Positions 50,925-60,066 are shown, counted from the stretch's first letter. The stretch: DNA of 64,000 bases from a bacterium (GCA_043812655.1 JBDRLW010000009.1:120-64119); one strand, 5' to 3'. Notes: generated by a model from the letters alone, not told the origin. A program made the numbers and translations.

Positions 50925-50964
50925 CTTCGGAGGCTAATACTCTATCCAGTTGAGCTACGGGCGC
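50891..50964 (-). tRNA. tRNA-Arg(CCG)
   Basis: Minus-strand fold. Acceptor gcgcccg/cgggcgc, anticodon stem ttagc/gctaa with loop ctccgaa, T arm gtggg-ttcaaat-cccgc. Confidence 0.85.
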
Positions 50965-50967
50965 AAA

Positions 50968-51210
50968 TTAACTCGAAATTATTTTTTCAATAATTTTCCG
51001 GCTATGTTTTTCTTTAATAAAACGTTCTCTCTGGTAGGCCTGCTTAACATCAGCAAACTCCTCAACACGCTTTAATTCCCAAGGCTTGTAAGGAGCAGTT
51101 GAAGCAGAGATGCCTGAATTATGTTCGTTGAGTCTTCGCTGAACATCATTCGTAACCCCTACATAATATTGCCCATTAACGCAACTTTGCAAAATATACA
51201 AGAAATGCAC
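50968..51210 (-). CDS. GIY-YIG nuclease-family protein (UPF0213-like)
   Basis: (V)HFLYILQSCVNGQYYVGVTNDVQRRLNEHNSG... GTG start at 51210 preferred over the TTG at 51228. Confidence 0.7.
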   Translation of the reverse strand: MHFLYILQSCVNGQYYVGVTNDVQRRLNEHNSGISASTAPYKPWELKRVEEFADVKQAYQRERFIKEKHSRKIIEKIISS

Positions 51211-51271
51211 TAATATTATTATAACCAAGTTTAAGGTCTTAAAAAAGCCTTAATATTAACTATCCAATTGC

Positions 51272-51305
51272 GTCCCGACATTCGACTCTGTCGAATCGTC
51301 GGGAC
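51272..51305. repeat. third copy of the cccgacattcgac/gtcgaatcgtcggg palindrome
   Basis: gtcccgacattcgactctgtcgaatcgtcgggac. The same palindrome occurs at 50696-50727 and 50832-50863. Confidence 0.8.
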
Positions 51306-51316
51306 CACGGGCCCAA

Positions 51317-51910
51317 TTAATTAACAGTGGTTGTAAAACTTTTTCTTGCGATAACCTGGCCATCATCAGTTTTCACCTGGACTTCCCACTTGCCTGGATT
51401 ATAACCCGAAATGGTGACAAAACTCCAGGTATTGGCCGGTTGCTTAAGGAGCTCAAGAGGGATATCCGCGACAACTACCCCTGCCGGGTTAGTCCAAACA
51501 TGATGGATCGTTTGTTTATCGCCAGGATTATCAACAACGGTATAACAATAAACTTGTGTTTGCGCCACTGGATCAACTGAATCGATTTCATCCGCCGGCA
51601 AATAATTATCGGCTATCTGGCTGGTAAAAGAAATCTTAGAAACTGATAAGCTTGCATTAAGAGCATTCTCTGGTGGTCTTTCTTTCTGCTCTGGCAGGCT
51701 GGTTGTTAGCGTTAAGACTTCAGCCTCTCTGGTTGGCGCAATCGTCGTTGTTGCCTTAACTTCAACCTTACCGATCTGATCCTCAGCTAATCTGGAAAAA
51801 TAGGAAACAAAGCTGATCACCAGCCAAAGCGTTAAAATAACTAAAGTTATAACTATAATATACGGCCATTTGGGATCTTTTTTTTTAACGTGTCCAGCAA
51901 AAACTGCCAT
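51317..51910 (-). CDS. membrane-anchored protein, DUF2914-like C-terminal domain (tentative)
   Basis: N-terminal TM helix. The C-terminal HHVWTNPAGVVVADIPLEL...WSFVTISGYNPGKWEVQVKTDDGQVIARKSF pattern recalls DUF2914. Confidence 0.4.
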   Translation of the reverse strand: MAVFAGHVKKKDPKWPYIIVITLVILTLWLVISFVSYFSRLAEDQIGKVEVKATTTIAPTREAEVLTLTTSLPEQKERPPENALNASLSVSKISFTSQIADNYLPADEIDSVDPVAQTQVYCYTVVDNPGDKQTIHHVWTNPAGVVVADIPLELLKQPANTWSFVTISGYNPGKWEVQVKTDDGQVIARKSFTTTVN

Positions 51911-51911
51911 C

Positions 51912-52520
51912 TTAAACGACCTTATTCCTTAATTTGCCGATCTTTTCAATTTCTATTTCGACTAAGTCCCCTTTTTTCATCGGGCCGATACCGGCCGGCG
52001 TCCCGGTCAAGATCAGGTCGCCAGGCTCAAGGGTCATGATCTGGGAAATATAAGCCACGAGATAATTGACATTAAAGATCATATTGGCCGTAGTCGATGA
52101 TTGTTTAAGCTCCCCATTTAAAAATGATTCAACTTTCAAATTGTCCGGATCGATCCCAGATACTACTTCTGGGCCAACGGGACAAAAAGTATCGAACGAT
52201 TTGGCTCTCGTCCATTGGCCGTCAAGTTTTTGCAGGTCCCTCGCCGTCACATCATTGGCGCAAGTAAAGCCTAAAACATGTTTTGGCGCTTCAGCTTCAG
52301 AAACATCTTTAATTTTATCTTTGATCACAACCGCCAATTCCGCTTCATAGTGCAGTTCTTTGGTTTGGGAAGGATAAATAATCCCGTCGCCATTATAAAT
52401 CAACGACGACACGGCCTTTAAGAAGATCAGCGGCTCTTTTGGCCGCTCCATCTTCATCTCCGCCGCATGATCGGTATAATTTAATCCGACACAAACAATT
52501 TTTGTTGGTTTAATTTTCAT
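51912..52520 (-). CDS. fumarylacetoacetate hydrolase family protein
   Basis: KIVCVGLNYTDHAAEM...ELHYEAELAVVI...GFTCANDVTARDLQ...TGTPAGIGP. Confidence 0.85.
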   Translation of the reverse strand: MKIKPTKIVCVGLNYTDHAAEMKMERPKEPLIFLKAVSSLIYNGDGIIYPSQTKELHYEAELAVVIKDKIKDVSEAEAPKHVLGFTCANDVTARDLQKLDGQWTRAKSFDTFCPVGPEVVSGIDPDNLKVESFLNGELKQSSTTANMIFNVNYLVAYISQIMTLEPGDLILTGTPAGIGPMKKGDLVEIEIEKIGKLRNKVV

Positions 52521-52714
52521 TGTTATTATGGATAATTATAGCAGAACTGTGTCTAAAATTAACCCTTGGATTTCCCGGAGGAACGGAAATCAACAATAAT
52601 TTCAACCATTTTTTACACGTGCACAATAAAAGATATATTGAAATTTATAGCAATAATTGTCGATAGATACATGAAACAACTAACATATTCTTAGAGTCTA
52701 AAGGAGGAGATAAT

Positions 52715-54367
52715 ATGTACACAAGATCAACAAATAACGTATCTGGATCATACTTCGGCAATAATAATAATAATACAATTCAAGCCGGTCTACCTCTTTT
52801 TTATTTTTTGACATTAGCCATCACAGCGCTAGCAAATTTAGCCTGTGACGACCGTCATGTCCTGCCGGAGAATTTACCTGAAGGCAGTAGTGACAATGCG
52901 TCAGACGGCAATATTAACAATACCGGCTTAGATGGCGGGAACTCAAGAGATGCTTTTATTTCTGACGCACAGATTACGGATGCGCAGATTACTTCATCAG
53001 AAGCTGGCTGGCTAGATGCAAACAGGCTTGATGCCGGGGATAGACTTGACAGTTCAATCACTGACTCGCAAATAGTTGACGCCAACATTCCCAACGTTCC
53101 TGATAGTGGAGAACCAGATTCGAACATTATTTTAGATGCCGGAAAAGCTGATGTTGATCTTCAATTTGATGCTTCGTTACCTGATTCCAGCCAAGTAGAC
53201 GCCGGAATTTTTGTTTGTGATCCTGATGGAGACGGGATAATTACCACTCAATTCATTGACGTTAATTTACAAAAAGCAATTTTAGCGTCCTTGGGCAAAG
53301 AGCCAACAGACGAAATCACTATCCCCGACACAGAAAGCACCAGCTATTTAAGCATTGATAATGTTGGCGTCAATAATTTGACTGGGATTGAATGCTTCGC
53401 TAATTTAACGGTACTTAAAATAACTAATAATCCTCTTTCAAATATAGGTCCGCTGTCCAGCTTAACTAATTTGAGCGCTCTTAATCTTCATACAAACCAA
53501 ATATCCGACATTGTGCCGCTTGCAGGGCTCACCAATCTTAGAGGGCTTTACCTTAGTTACAATCAAGTGTCGGATATCCAACCACTTTCAGGCCTTGTTA
53601 ATTTAAGCGAACTCAGCCTTGCTAACAATCAAGTATCGGATATTTCTTCCCTTTCAACACTTACAAATTTACAGGGACTTTATTTGCCGAATAATCAAAT
53701 ATCAAACATCACACCGCTTTCTAGTTTGGTTAACCTGATTTATCTTAATCTTTACCAAAATCAGATATCTGATATTTCCTCCCTTTCAATGCTTACAGAT
53801 TTACAGGGACTTTATTTAAATGGTAATCAAATATCAAACATCGCTCCGCTTTCTAGCTTGACTAATTTAATTGAACTTTATCTTTACCAAAACCAAATTA
53901 CTGATATTTCTTCCCTTTCATATTTAAGAAATTTGACCGGCCTTTGGTTGCAATATAACCAAATAGCAAATATCGCCCCCATCTCCAACCTGCCTAGCTT
54001 AACTATACTTGCGCTTGGCAACAATCAAATAACAGATATTGCCCCACTATTTAACCTGACCAATTTGACTAAGCTTAGTGTATTTGTCAATCAAATATCA
54101 GATATCACTCCGCTCGCTAGTTTAATCGGTTTAACAGATCTTGATCTCAATCAAAACCAAATATCCGAAGTAACCTCTCTCTCAAATTTAATAAACTTAA
54201 GAGACCTTAGATTAGACAATAATTTATCGATCTCAGACATTTCACCACTAGTAAACAATTCTGGCTTGAATACGGGAGATCAAGTGTGGCTGACAAGCAA
54301 TAGTCAAATCCCTTCTTCACAAGTTGATGAGTTAAGGGCTAAAGGAGTTACTGTTTTTTGGCCTTAG
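52715..54367 (+). CDS. leucine-rich-repeat (internalin-like) lipoprotein
   Basis: Lipobox-like ALANLAC, an Asp/Ser-rich linker with DAQITDAQIT, then about 15 consecutive 22-aa units L(T/V)NLxxLxLxxNQISDIxPLSx. Confidence 0.85.
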   Translation: MYTRSTNNVSGSYFGNNNNNTIQAGLPLFYFLTLAITALANLACDDRHVLPENLPEGSSDNASDGNINNTGLDGGNSRDAFISDAQITDAQITSSEAGWLDANRLDAGDRLDSSITDSQIVDANIPNVPDSGEPDSNIILDAGKADVDLQFDASLPDSSQVDAGIFVCDPDGDGIITTQFIDVNLQKAILASLGKEPTDEITIPDTESTSYLSIDNVGVNNLTGIECFANLTVLKITNNPLSNIGPLSSLTNLSALNLHTNQISDIVPLAGLTNLRGLYLSYNQVSDIQPLSGLVNLSELSLANNQVSDISSLSTLTNLQGLYLPNNQISNITPLSSLVNLIYLNLYQNQISDISSLSMLTDLQGLYLNGNQISNIAPLSSLTNLIELYLYQNQITDISSLSYLRNLTGLWLQYNQIANIAPISNLPSLTILALGNNQITDIAPLFNLTNLTKLSVFVNQISDITPLASLIGLTDLDLNQNQISEVTSLSNLINLRDLRLDNNLSISDISPLVNNSGLNTGDQVWLTSNSQIPSSQVDELRAKGVTVFWP

Positions 54368-54394
54368 AGTTCTATTGAGGCTTATAAATAATTT

Positions 54395-55264
54395 TCATTT
54401 TTGACACAATGGACAAAACGATGAGGTCCTGCCGCCGACCTTCTCCCGCTTCACAATCCCTTTACATTTTACACATTTTTGCCCATATCGTCCATAAACT
54501 TTCAGCTTTTTCGTATATGAGCCCGCTTCACCCATCGCATTCACATAATCGCTGATCGAAGTTCCCTCATATTTGATCGCTTCGGCTAAAATATGTTTGA
54601 TCCCTTTGAATAATAAATTGATCTCACTTTCTTTTAGGCTCTTCACTCTCCTGATCGGATTAACCTTAGCATAATAACAGACTTCATCACTGTAAATATT
54701 ACCGATCCCCACCACATTTTTATTATCCATCAAGAATTGCTTGATCTTATTATTTGGCCTCTTTTTTAATGTTTGGCGAAAAACATCGATCGTAAATGAT
54801 TTTTCCAGTGGTTCTGGTCCCAAGTCCATTTCCTCATATTCTTTAGCAAGATTTTCTTTGGTAAACAGTCTCACCCAACCAAACTTGCGGACATCATTAA
54901 AATAAAGCTTGCTCCCATCGGCAAATGTAAACGTCGCGTGAGTAAAGCGGTTCGGGTCTTTTTCAAAGCCCTCTTTGATCGGATGCCCGCCGACGACTTT
55001 CTGGTGATGATGGGAACTATAAACCAATTGTCCGGTCATTTTGAGGTGGACAAGGATTATCCAATCGCCGGTTAACTCGATGATCACCATCTTCGCCCTG
55101 CGTCCTATCCTCTTAATAGTTAAATCTTTCAGTGTTTTTTGATAAAAAGAGACCGGATGGTTAAGCATTTTGGGCGTGTCAGAATCAAACAGACTAACCG
55201 ACTTACCAACTATTGTCTTGCCTAAGCCTCTTCTGACCGTTTCTACTTCAGGCAGTTCTGGCAT
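54395..55264 (-). CDS. mutM: formamidopyrimidine-DNA glycosylase
   Basis: N-terminal MPELPEVETVRRGL and a C-terminal zinc finger CVKCKG...CPLCQ. Confidence 0.92.
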   Translation of the reverse strand: MPELPEVETVRRGLGKTIVGKSVSLFDSDTPKMLNHPVSFYQKTLKDLTIKRIGRRAKMVIIELTGDWIILVHLKMTGQLVYSSHHHQKVVGGHPIKEGFEKDPNRFTHATFTFADGSKLYFNDVRKFGWVRLFTKENLAKEYEEMDLGPEPLEKSFTIDVFRQTLKKRPNNKIKQFLMDNKNVVGIGNIYSDEVCYYAKVNPIRRVKSLKESEINLLFKGIKHILAEAIKYEGTSISDYVNAMGEAGSYTKKLKVYGRYGQKCVKCKGIVKREKVGGRTSSFCPLCQK

Positions 55265-55270
55265 AAAAAG

Positions 55271-56299
55271 TTATAACGTTTCTTTGTAGATTTCTATCAC
55301 TAGATCAAAGATCGTAAGTATCAGGGGGCCAATCAAAATCCCTGGTAGACCAAAAAGCTGGATCCCGCCTAAAATCCCAAACAGGACAATAAGCGGGTGG
55401 ACTTTGGCGTGGTCGCCAACGATTTTTGGTTTCAGGATATTATCGATCGAACTGATCACAAAGGTCCCGTAAATCAGCAAAGACACCGCCGGTAGGTAAT
55501 TGCCGGTCATCATGCCGTTTAAAAAGAGATAAATATCAACCGGCACCCAAATAATTGCCGCCCCAAGCAGCGGGATTATCGAAATGATCGCCGTTAAGGC
55601 CCCAAGCAAGAGCGCCCCTGGAACGCCAATAAGCGCGAAACCGATCGCGGATAAAACACCTTGAACAACTCCCACCACTACCTGTCCCATGATCATCCCG
55701 CGGCTAAGGTCATCAAACCGTTTTATTATCTGCTTATATTTCCCTTCAGGCAAAGGGACGACCTCTGAAAAAAAGCTATAAAGATCACGGCCATGCTTAA
55801 GGAAATAATAAGTTGAAAAAATAATAATGAAAATACTCATGATTACATTGGGAATCCCTTTAACTATCCCCTGAAAAAAAACAAAAAGCTGGCCGGCCAG
55901 ATTAGCCGCGATCTCTTTGATTTGCGGCATGTAGCCGGACCATCTGCTTAAAAATGGCGGCAAAAAGATCTCTGAATGCATAATGTCGCGCATAAAACGA
56001 TAACCGTTTTTTGCTTCCATAGTTACGACAGTAGTGATCATGACCGCCGGGATCAATACAATTAAAATAATGATCAAACAAGTTAAGATCGCTCCCAATT
56101 CTTTCCCTCGCATTTTTTTGGGGATCTTTTTAAGCAGGAACTGGTAAAGCGGGTAAAAAATATAAGCGAGCGCCGCGGCCGAGAGGATCGCGATTAAAAA
56201 TGGTCTGACGATCAAAAAAGAAAGGATAAGGACCACAATAACTAAAAATAATGCGGCCGTTTTACGGTAAGATTCGCGCCTATCTTCTTCTTTTGTCAT
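55271..56299 (-). CDS. AI-2E family transporter (PerM-like permease)
   Basis: 342 aa with about 8 TM helices and a family-typical layout. Confidence 0.75.
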   Translation of the reverse strand: MTKEEDRRESYRKTAALFLVIVVLILSFLIVRPFLIAILSAAALAYIFYPLYQFLLKKIPKKMRGKELGAILTCLIIILIVLIPAVMITTVVTMEAKNGYRFMRDIMHSEIFLPPFLSRWSGYMPQIKEIAANLAGQLFVFFQGIVKGIPNVIMSIFIIIFSTYYFLKHGRDLYSFFSEVVPLPEGKYKQIIKRFDDLSRGMIMGQVVVGVVQGVLSAIGFALIGVPGALLLGALTAIISIIPLLGAAIIWVPVDIYLFLNGMMTGNYLPAVSLLIYGTFVISSIDNILKPKIVGDHAKVHPLIVLFGILGGIQLFGLPGILIGPLILTIFDLVIEIYKETL

Positions 56300-56383
56300 A
56301 TTTCACCTCTTGATGAAATTATACATGATATAATAAATAAAGTCATGCCATAGGCTTCCCAGCCATCCAGACTACTAACAGGC

Positions 56384-57475
56384 ATGCTAATTATTTTTAA
56401 TAACCAACAATTTTCTTCTCCCCTTGAAATAATTAAGTGCTTTCATTTATCTAAAGTCAAAGACTGTTTTGCCAAAATGGAAAAAGCCCTGGCTTCTGGG
56501 CATCACCTCGCCGGGTTCCTCTCCTACGAAGCCGGTTATGCTTTCGAAAAGACCTTTGCCGACAATAAAACTTATGATTTCCCATTAGTTTGTTTTGGGG
56601 TTTTTAAAAACCCTCACCCCCTGCCCCCTCTCCACTTTTCAACCCCCTCTATGATCTCCCCCTTAATAAGGGGGAGATGTCCGAGCGAAGCGAGGACAGA
56701 GGGGGTAAGCTACTACAAAGCCCTAAAAAAAATCAAAAAACTTTTAGCCGCCGGCGACACCTACCAAGTCAACTACACTTTCAAGCAGAAATATTTTTTT
56801 AACGGCGATCCTTTCTCTCTTTTTACTAATCTACTAACTAACCAACCAACACCCTGCTCCGCCTTTGTCCAAACTGACGATTTCTCCATCCTTTCACTGT
56901 CACCAGAATTATTTTTTAAAAAAGCTAAGGATAAAATAATAGTTAAACCGATGAAAGGGACCTTTTTGCCCGGAAAAGAAATTGTCGACAATAAAAACCG
57001 GAGCGAAAACCTGATGATCGTCGATCTATTACGTAACGATCTGGGGCGGATCGCCAAAACCGGAACAGTTAAAGTCAATAAACTCTTTGAGATCGAAAAA
57101 CATCCGACCTTGTCCCAAATGACCTCGACCATTGAGGCTAAAACCAGGAAAGATTTATCACTTTACGAATTATTCAAAAACCTTTTCCCCTCCGGCTCCG
57201 TCACCGGCGCGCCCAAAGTCAGGACCATGCAGATCATTAGGGAATTAGAGAAGGAACCGCGGCGGATCTATTGCGGCACGATCGGCTATATTACACCTCA
57301 GCGCGACATGCTCTTCAACGTAGCCATCCGCACTCTACTAATCAGGAGTTCTCACTCCAAACTCCGAACTCCCAACTCCGAACTAGGCATCGGCAGCGGC
57401 GTCACTTACGCTTCTGACCCTAAAAAAGAATACGAGGAATGCTTGCTTAAATCAAAGTTTCTGCGCGGCGCTTGA
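56384..57475 (+). CDS. pabB: aminodeoxychorismate/anthranilate synthase component I-like (chorismate-binding enzyme)
   Basis: GDTYQVNYTFK, SPELFF, KPMKGT, ENLMIVDLLRNDLGRI, FPSGSVTGAPKVRTMQII, RRIYCGTIGY and GSGVTYASDPKKEYEE. It carries two in-frame repeat insertions. Confidence 0.8.
   Translation: MLIIFNNQQFSSPLEIIKCFHLSKVKDCFAKMEKALASGHHLAGFLSYEAGYAFEKTFADNKTYDFPLVCFGVFKNPHPLPPLHFSTPSMISPLIRGRCPSEARTEGVSYYKALKKIKKLLAAGDTYQVNYTFKQKYFFNGDPFSLFTNLLTNQPTPCSAFVQTDDFSILSLSPELFFKKAKDKIIVKPMKGTFLPGKEIVDNKNRSENLMIVDLLRNDLGRIAKTGTVKVNKLFEIEKHPTLSQMTSTIEAKTRKDLSLYELFKNLFPSGSVTGAPKVRTMQIIRELEKEPRRIYCGTIGYITPQRDMLFNVAIRTLLIRSSHSKLRTPNSELGIGSGVTYASDPKKEYEECLLKSKFLRGA
56611..56705. repeat. nested palindromic element in frame within pabB
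   Basis: ccctcacccc..., then an outer stem ccccctct (56643-56650)/agaggggg (56698-56705) and an inner 9-bp stem atctccccc/gggggagat (56654-56678), plus cgagcgaagcgag. Encodes HPLPPLHFSTPSMISPLIRGRCPSEARTEG. Confidence 0.85.
57353..57387. repeat. heptamer array AACTCCG-type in frame within pabB
   Basis: cactcca aactccg aactccc aactccg aactagg. Encodes [10 protein letters not shown]. Confidence 0.85.
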
Positions 57476-57508
57476 TTTCTTGGGCCACAAGATATAAGAT
57501 AACACTCA

Positions 57509-58822
57509 ATGTTTCGATTGCGTCCAAGCTTAGTGATCGCGGTCAGTTTTTTCCTGGTCATTTTGACCGGCGGCATTTTACTCTCTTTACCAATTTCTTC
57601 AGCCAGTGGGACAGCAACAAATTTTCTAGACGCGTATTTCACCGCTAATTCGGCAACCTGCGTCACCGGCCTGGTAACGCTTGATACCGGCACCCATTTT
57701 TCTCTTTTCGGCCTGATCATCATCCTCATCCTGATCCAAGTTGGTGGGCTAGGTTATATGACTTTTTCGACTTTTATGCTCTTGGTTTTCCGGCAAAAGC
57801 TTTTTATCTCCCAAAAGATCGCGATACAGGAAGCCCTCAACCTCTACTCGACCAAAGATGTCGTTTCTGTGTTGCGAAAAATATTTGGCATTGTCTTTAC
57901 GATTGAAGGGCTTGGGTTTTTGATCCTTTTCTTGCGCTGGCTGCCACAGATGGGGTACAAGCAAGCTTTTTATTACGCTGTATTTCACGCCGTTTCAGCC
58001 TTTAATAACGCCGGCTTCGCCCTACCGGCGAATTTCGCCAACCTAACGCCCTACACAACCGATGTGATAGTTAACTTAACAATTACGACGCTTGTTATCA
58101 TCGGCGGCATCGGCTTTATCGTGATCGCTGATATCCTCCAGCATAAAAGGCTGTCGCTCCATTCAAAGCTGGCGATCGGCACCTCGCTCATCCTGATCGT
58201 TGGCGGAACGCTGGTTTTTTTCTTACTTGAACAGTACAACACTAATACCCTCGGCAACCTTTCTCTGCCCCATAAATTTTTAGTTTCCTATTTTCAATCC
58301 GTCACTCCCCGTACCGCCGGCTTCAATACTATTGCGATAAATAAACTTTTCCCAGCGACAGCGCTACTGACAATGCTCCTGATGTTTATCGGCGCCAGCC
58401 CCGGAGGGACCGGCGGCGGCATTAAGACCACGACCTTTGCCTTGATCCTCTTAACCATTAGGGCGACCCTGCAGGGAAATAAGAATACGATCATCTTTAG
58501 CCGCCGCATACCTGCTGATACGATTAGGCGGGCGTTCACCATAATCTTCCTTTCTATCATGGCTTGCGTGGGGGCTATCTTTTTGATCTACACGACCGAG
58601 CGCTTTTCGCTTTTGCAATTGTCTTTTGAGGTCATTTCAGCTTTTGGGACCGTCGGTTTATCGACCGGTATAACTCCCTACTTGAGTTCTATCGGGAAAA
58701 TCATCATAATACTGGTAATGTTCGTCGGCCGGGTCGGGCCGCTAACGCTGCTCTTTGCTTTATCAATGCAGCAGAAAGAACCGAAAATAGAACCACCAAA
58801 AGAAGGAGTGTCAATCGGATGA
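57509..58822 (+). CDS. trkH: TrkH/KtrB-family potassium uptake membrane subunit
   Basis: 437 aa, polytopic, with repeated selectivity-filter-like TGL/GGLG/NAGF/GGTGGG segments; coupled to the trkA-like gene. Confidence 0.85.
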   Translation: MFRLRPSLVIAVSFFLVILTGGILLSLPISSASGTATNFLDAYFTANSATCVTGLVTLDTGTHFSLFGLIIILILIQVGGLGYMTFSTFMLLVFRQKLFISQKIAIQEALNLYSTKDVVSVLRKIFGIVFTIEGLGFLILFLRWLPQMGYKQAFYYAVFHAVSAFNNAGFALPANFANLTPYTTDVIVNLTITTLVIIGGIGFIVIADILQHKRLSLHSKLAIGTSLILIVGGTLVFFLLEQYNTNTLGNLSLPHKFLVSYFQSVTPRTAGFNTIAINKLFPATALLTMLLMFIGASPGGTGGGIKTTTFALILLTIRATLQGNKNTIIFSRRIPADTIRRAFTIIFLSIMACVGAIFLIYTTERFSLLQLSFEVISAFGTVGLSTGITPYLSSIGKIIIILVMFVGRVGPLTLLFALSMQQKEPKIEPPKEGVSIG

Positions 58823-59484
58823 AAAAACAATTTGCGGTGCTCGGGATCGGACGGTTTGGAAGCAAGATCGCCAGGGAGCTTTTTTACAAAAAGCAGGAAG
58901 TGATCGCCCTGGATAAGGAAGAATCGGTGATCGGGGATATTAAAGACGAGGTGACCCACGCTTTTGTCGGCGACATTTCCGATGAGAACGCGCTGAAAGA
59001 AGCCGGTGTCCTTGACTGCGACACCGTGATCATCGCCGAAAGCACGAACATGGAAAGCAATATCATCGCGGCGCAGATCTGCAAAAGCCTTGGCGTTCCA
59101 ACTGTTATTTGTAAAGCCCACAATACCGTCCACGGAAAGATCTTAGCCAAGCTGGGTGTTGACCAGATAATCTTCCCCGAACAAGATACGGCCATCAAGC
59201 TGGTCAACAAACTGACAAGCCATGGCGTGCTCGATTATTTTGACCTGGGAGAAAACCTGACCATTATCGGCACAAAAGCCAATGCCGCCTGGGTCGGCAA
59301 AGCGTTGTCCGACCTTGACCTTAGAGCCAAATATAACATCACCGTCTTAGCGATTAGGCGGGGGAGCGAAAACCTGGTCATTCCGGCCTGGAGCACGGTC
59401 ATTGAAAAAGAAGATACCATTGTCCTCTTTGGTAAAGATGAATCACTGAAAAAGCTTAATCTTGATATCACCCATTCGACTTAA
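58819..59484 (+). CDS. trkA: TrkA/KtrA potassium uptake regulatory subunit (RCK N+C)
   Basis: FAVLGIGRFGSKIAREL Rossmann motif and a C-terminal TrkA-C region. Confidence 0.85.
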   Translation: MKKQFAVLGIGRFGSKIARELFYKKQEVIALDKEESVIGDIKDEVTHAFVGDISDENALKEAGVLDCDTVIIAESTNMESNIIAAQICKSLGVPTVICKAHNTVHGKILAKLGVDQIIFPEQDTAIKLVNKLTSHGVLDYFDLGENLTIIGTKANAAWVGKALSDLDLRAKYNITVLAIRRGSENLVIPAWSTVIEKEDTIVLFGKDESLKKLNLDITHST

Positions 59485-60060
59485 ATGAGGGTTGAAGCGA
59501 TCAAGGTTGGCCCAATTGCGACCAATTGCTATTTAGCTTGGGATGAAACAACAAAAGAAGCGCTGATCCTTGATCCGGGTGATGAAGCAAGCAAAATATT
59601 AGCGGACATCAAAAAGCTCCAGCTAAAACCAAAATTTATCGTTAGCACCCACGGCCATTTTGACCATATTACGGCCATCCCTGAACTAAAGAAAAAATTA
59701 AATATCCCCTATCTTGCTAACCCGGCGGACGATATGATCGTTAAAGCGACAACCGTCTTGTCCGCGGACCAAGAACTTAAAGAGGGAGATGGGTTTGAAG
59801 TTGGTAGTTTGAAGTTTGAAGTTCTGGCCACGCCAGGCCACACCCCAGGCGGGATCTGTTTATATTGTGAAAAAGAAAAAATCCTGTTCAGCGGAGATAC
59901 GCTTTTCCATGGGACTTACGGGCGAGTCGATCTCCCCTATTCTTCAGAAGAAGCGATGCTGGCTTCCCTGAAAAAACTGCTTCAGCTCCCCCCCGAAACC
60001 CATGTTTACCCCGGCCACGGCTGGTCGACCACTATCGGTAGCGAGCAAAATATACTATAA
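59485..60060 (+). CDS. MBL-fold hydrolase (hydroxyacylglutathione hydrolase-like)
   Basis: THGHFDH, TPGHTPG and the GD...VYPGHG pattern. Confidence 0.8.
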   Translation: MRVEAIKVGPIATNCYLAWDETTKEALILDPGDEASKILADIKKLQLKPKFIVSTHGHFDHITAIPELKKKLNIPYLANPADDMIVKATTVLSADQELKEGDGFEVGSLKFEVLATPGHTPGGICLYCEKEKILFSGDTLFHGTYGRVDLPYSSEEAMLASLKKLLQLPPETHVYPGHGWSTTIGSEQNIL

Positions 60061-60066
60061 TAGTAT

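Noticed and set aside
49884-50937. N-terminal extension of the MBL hydrolase ORF to 50801, and the plus-strand ORFs 50320..50937 and 50583..50888 with the repeated peptide DPDIRLRRIVGTSEPLSLVNLRPAGFEPTTLS
   Set aside because: The repeated peptide is simply the translation of the 98-nt duplicated tRNA-Arg fragment. The hydrolase has a good internal start (MKNFIKFLGTAG) at 50642.
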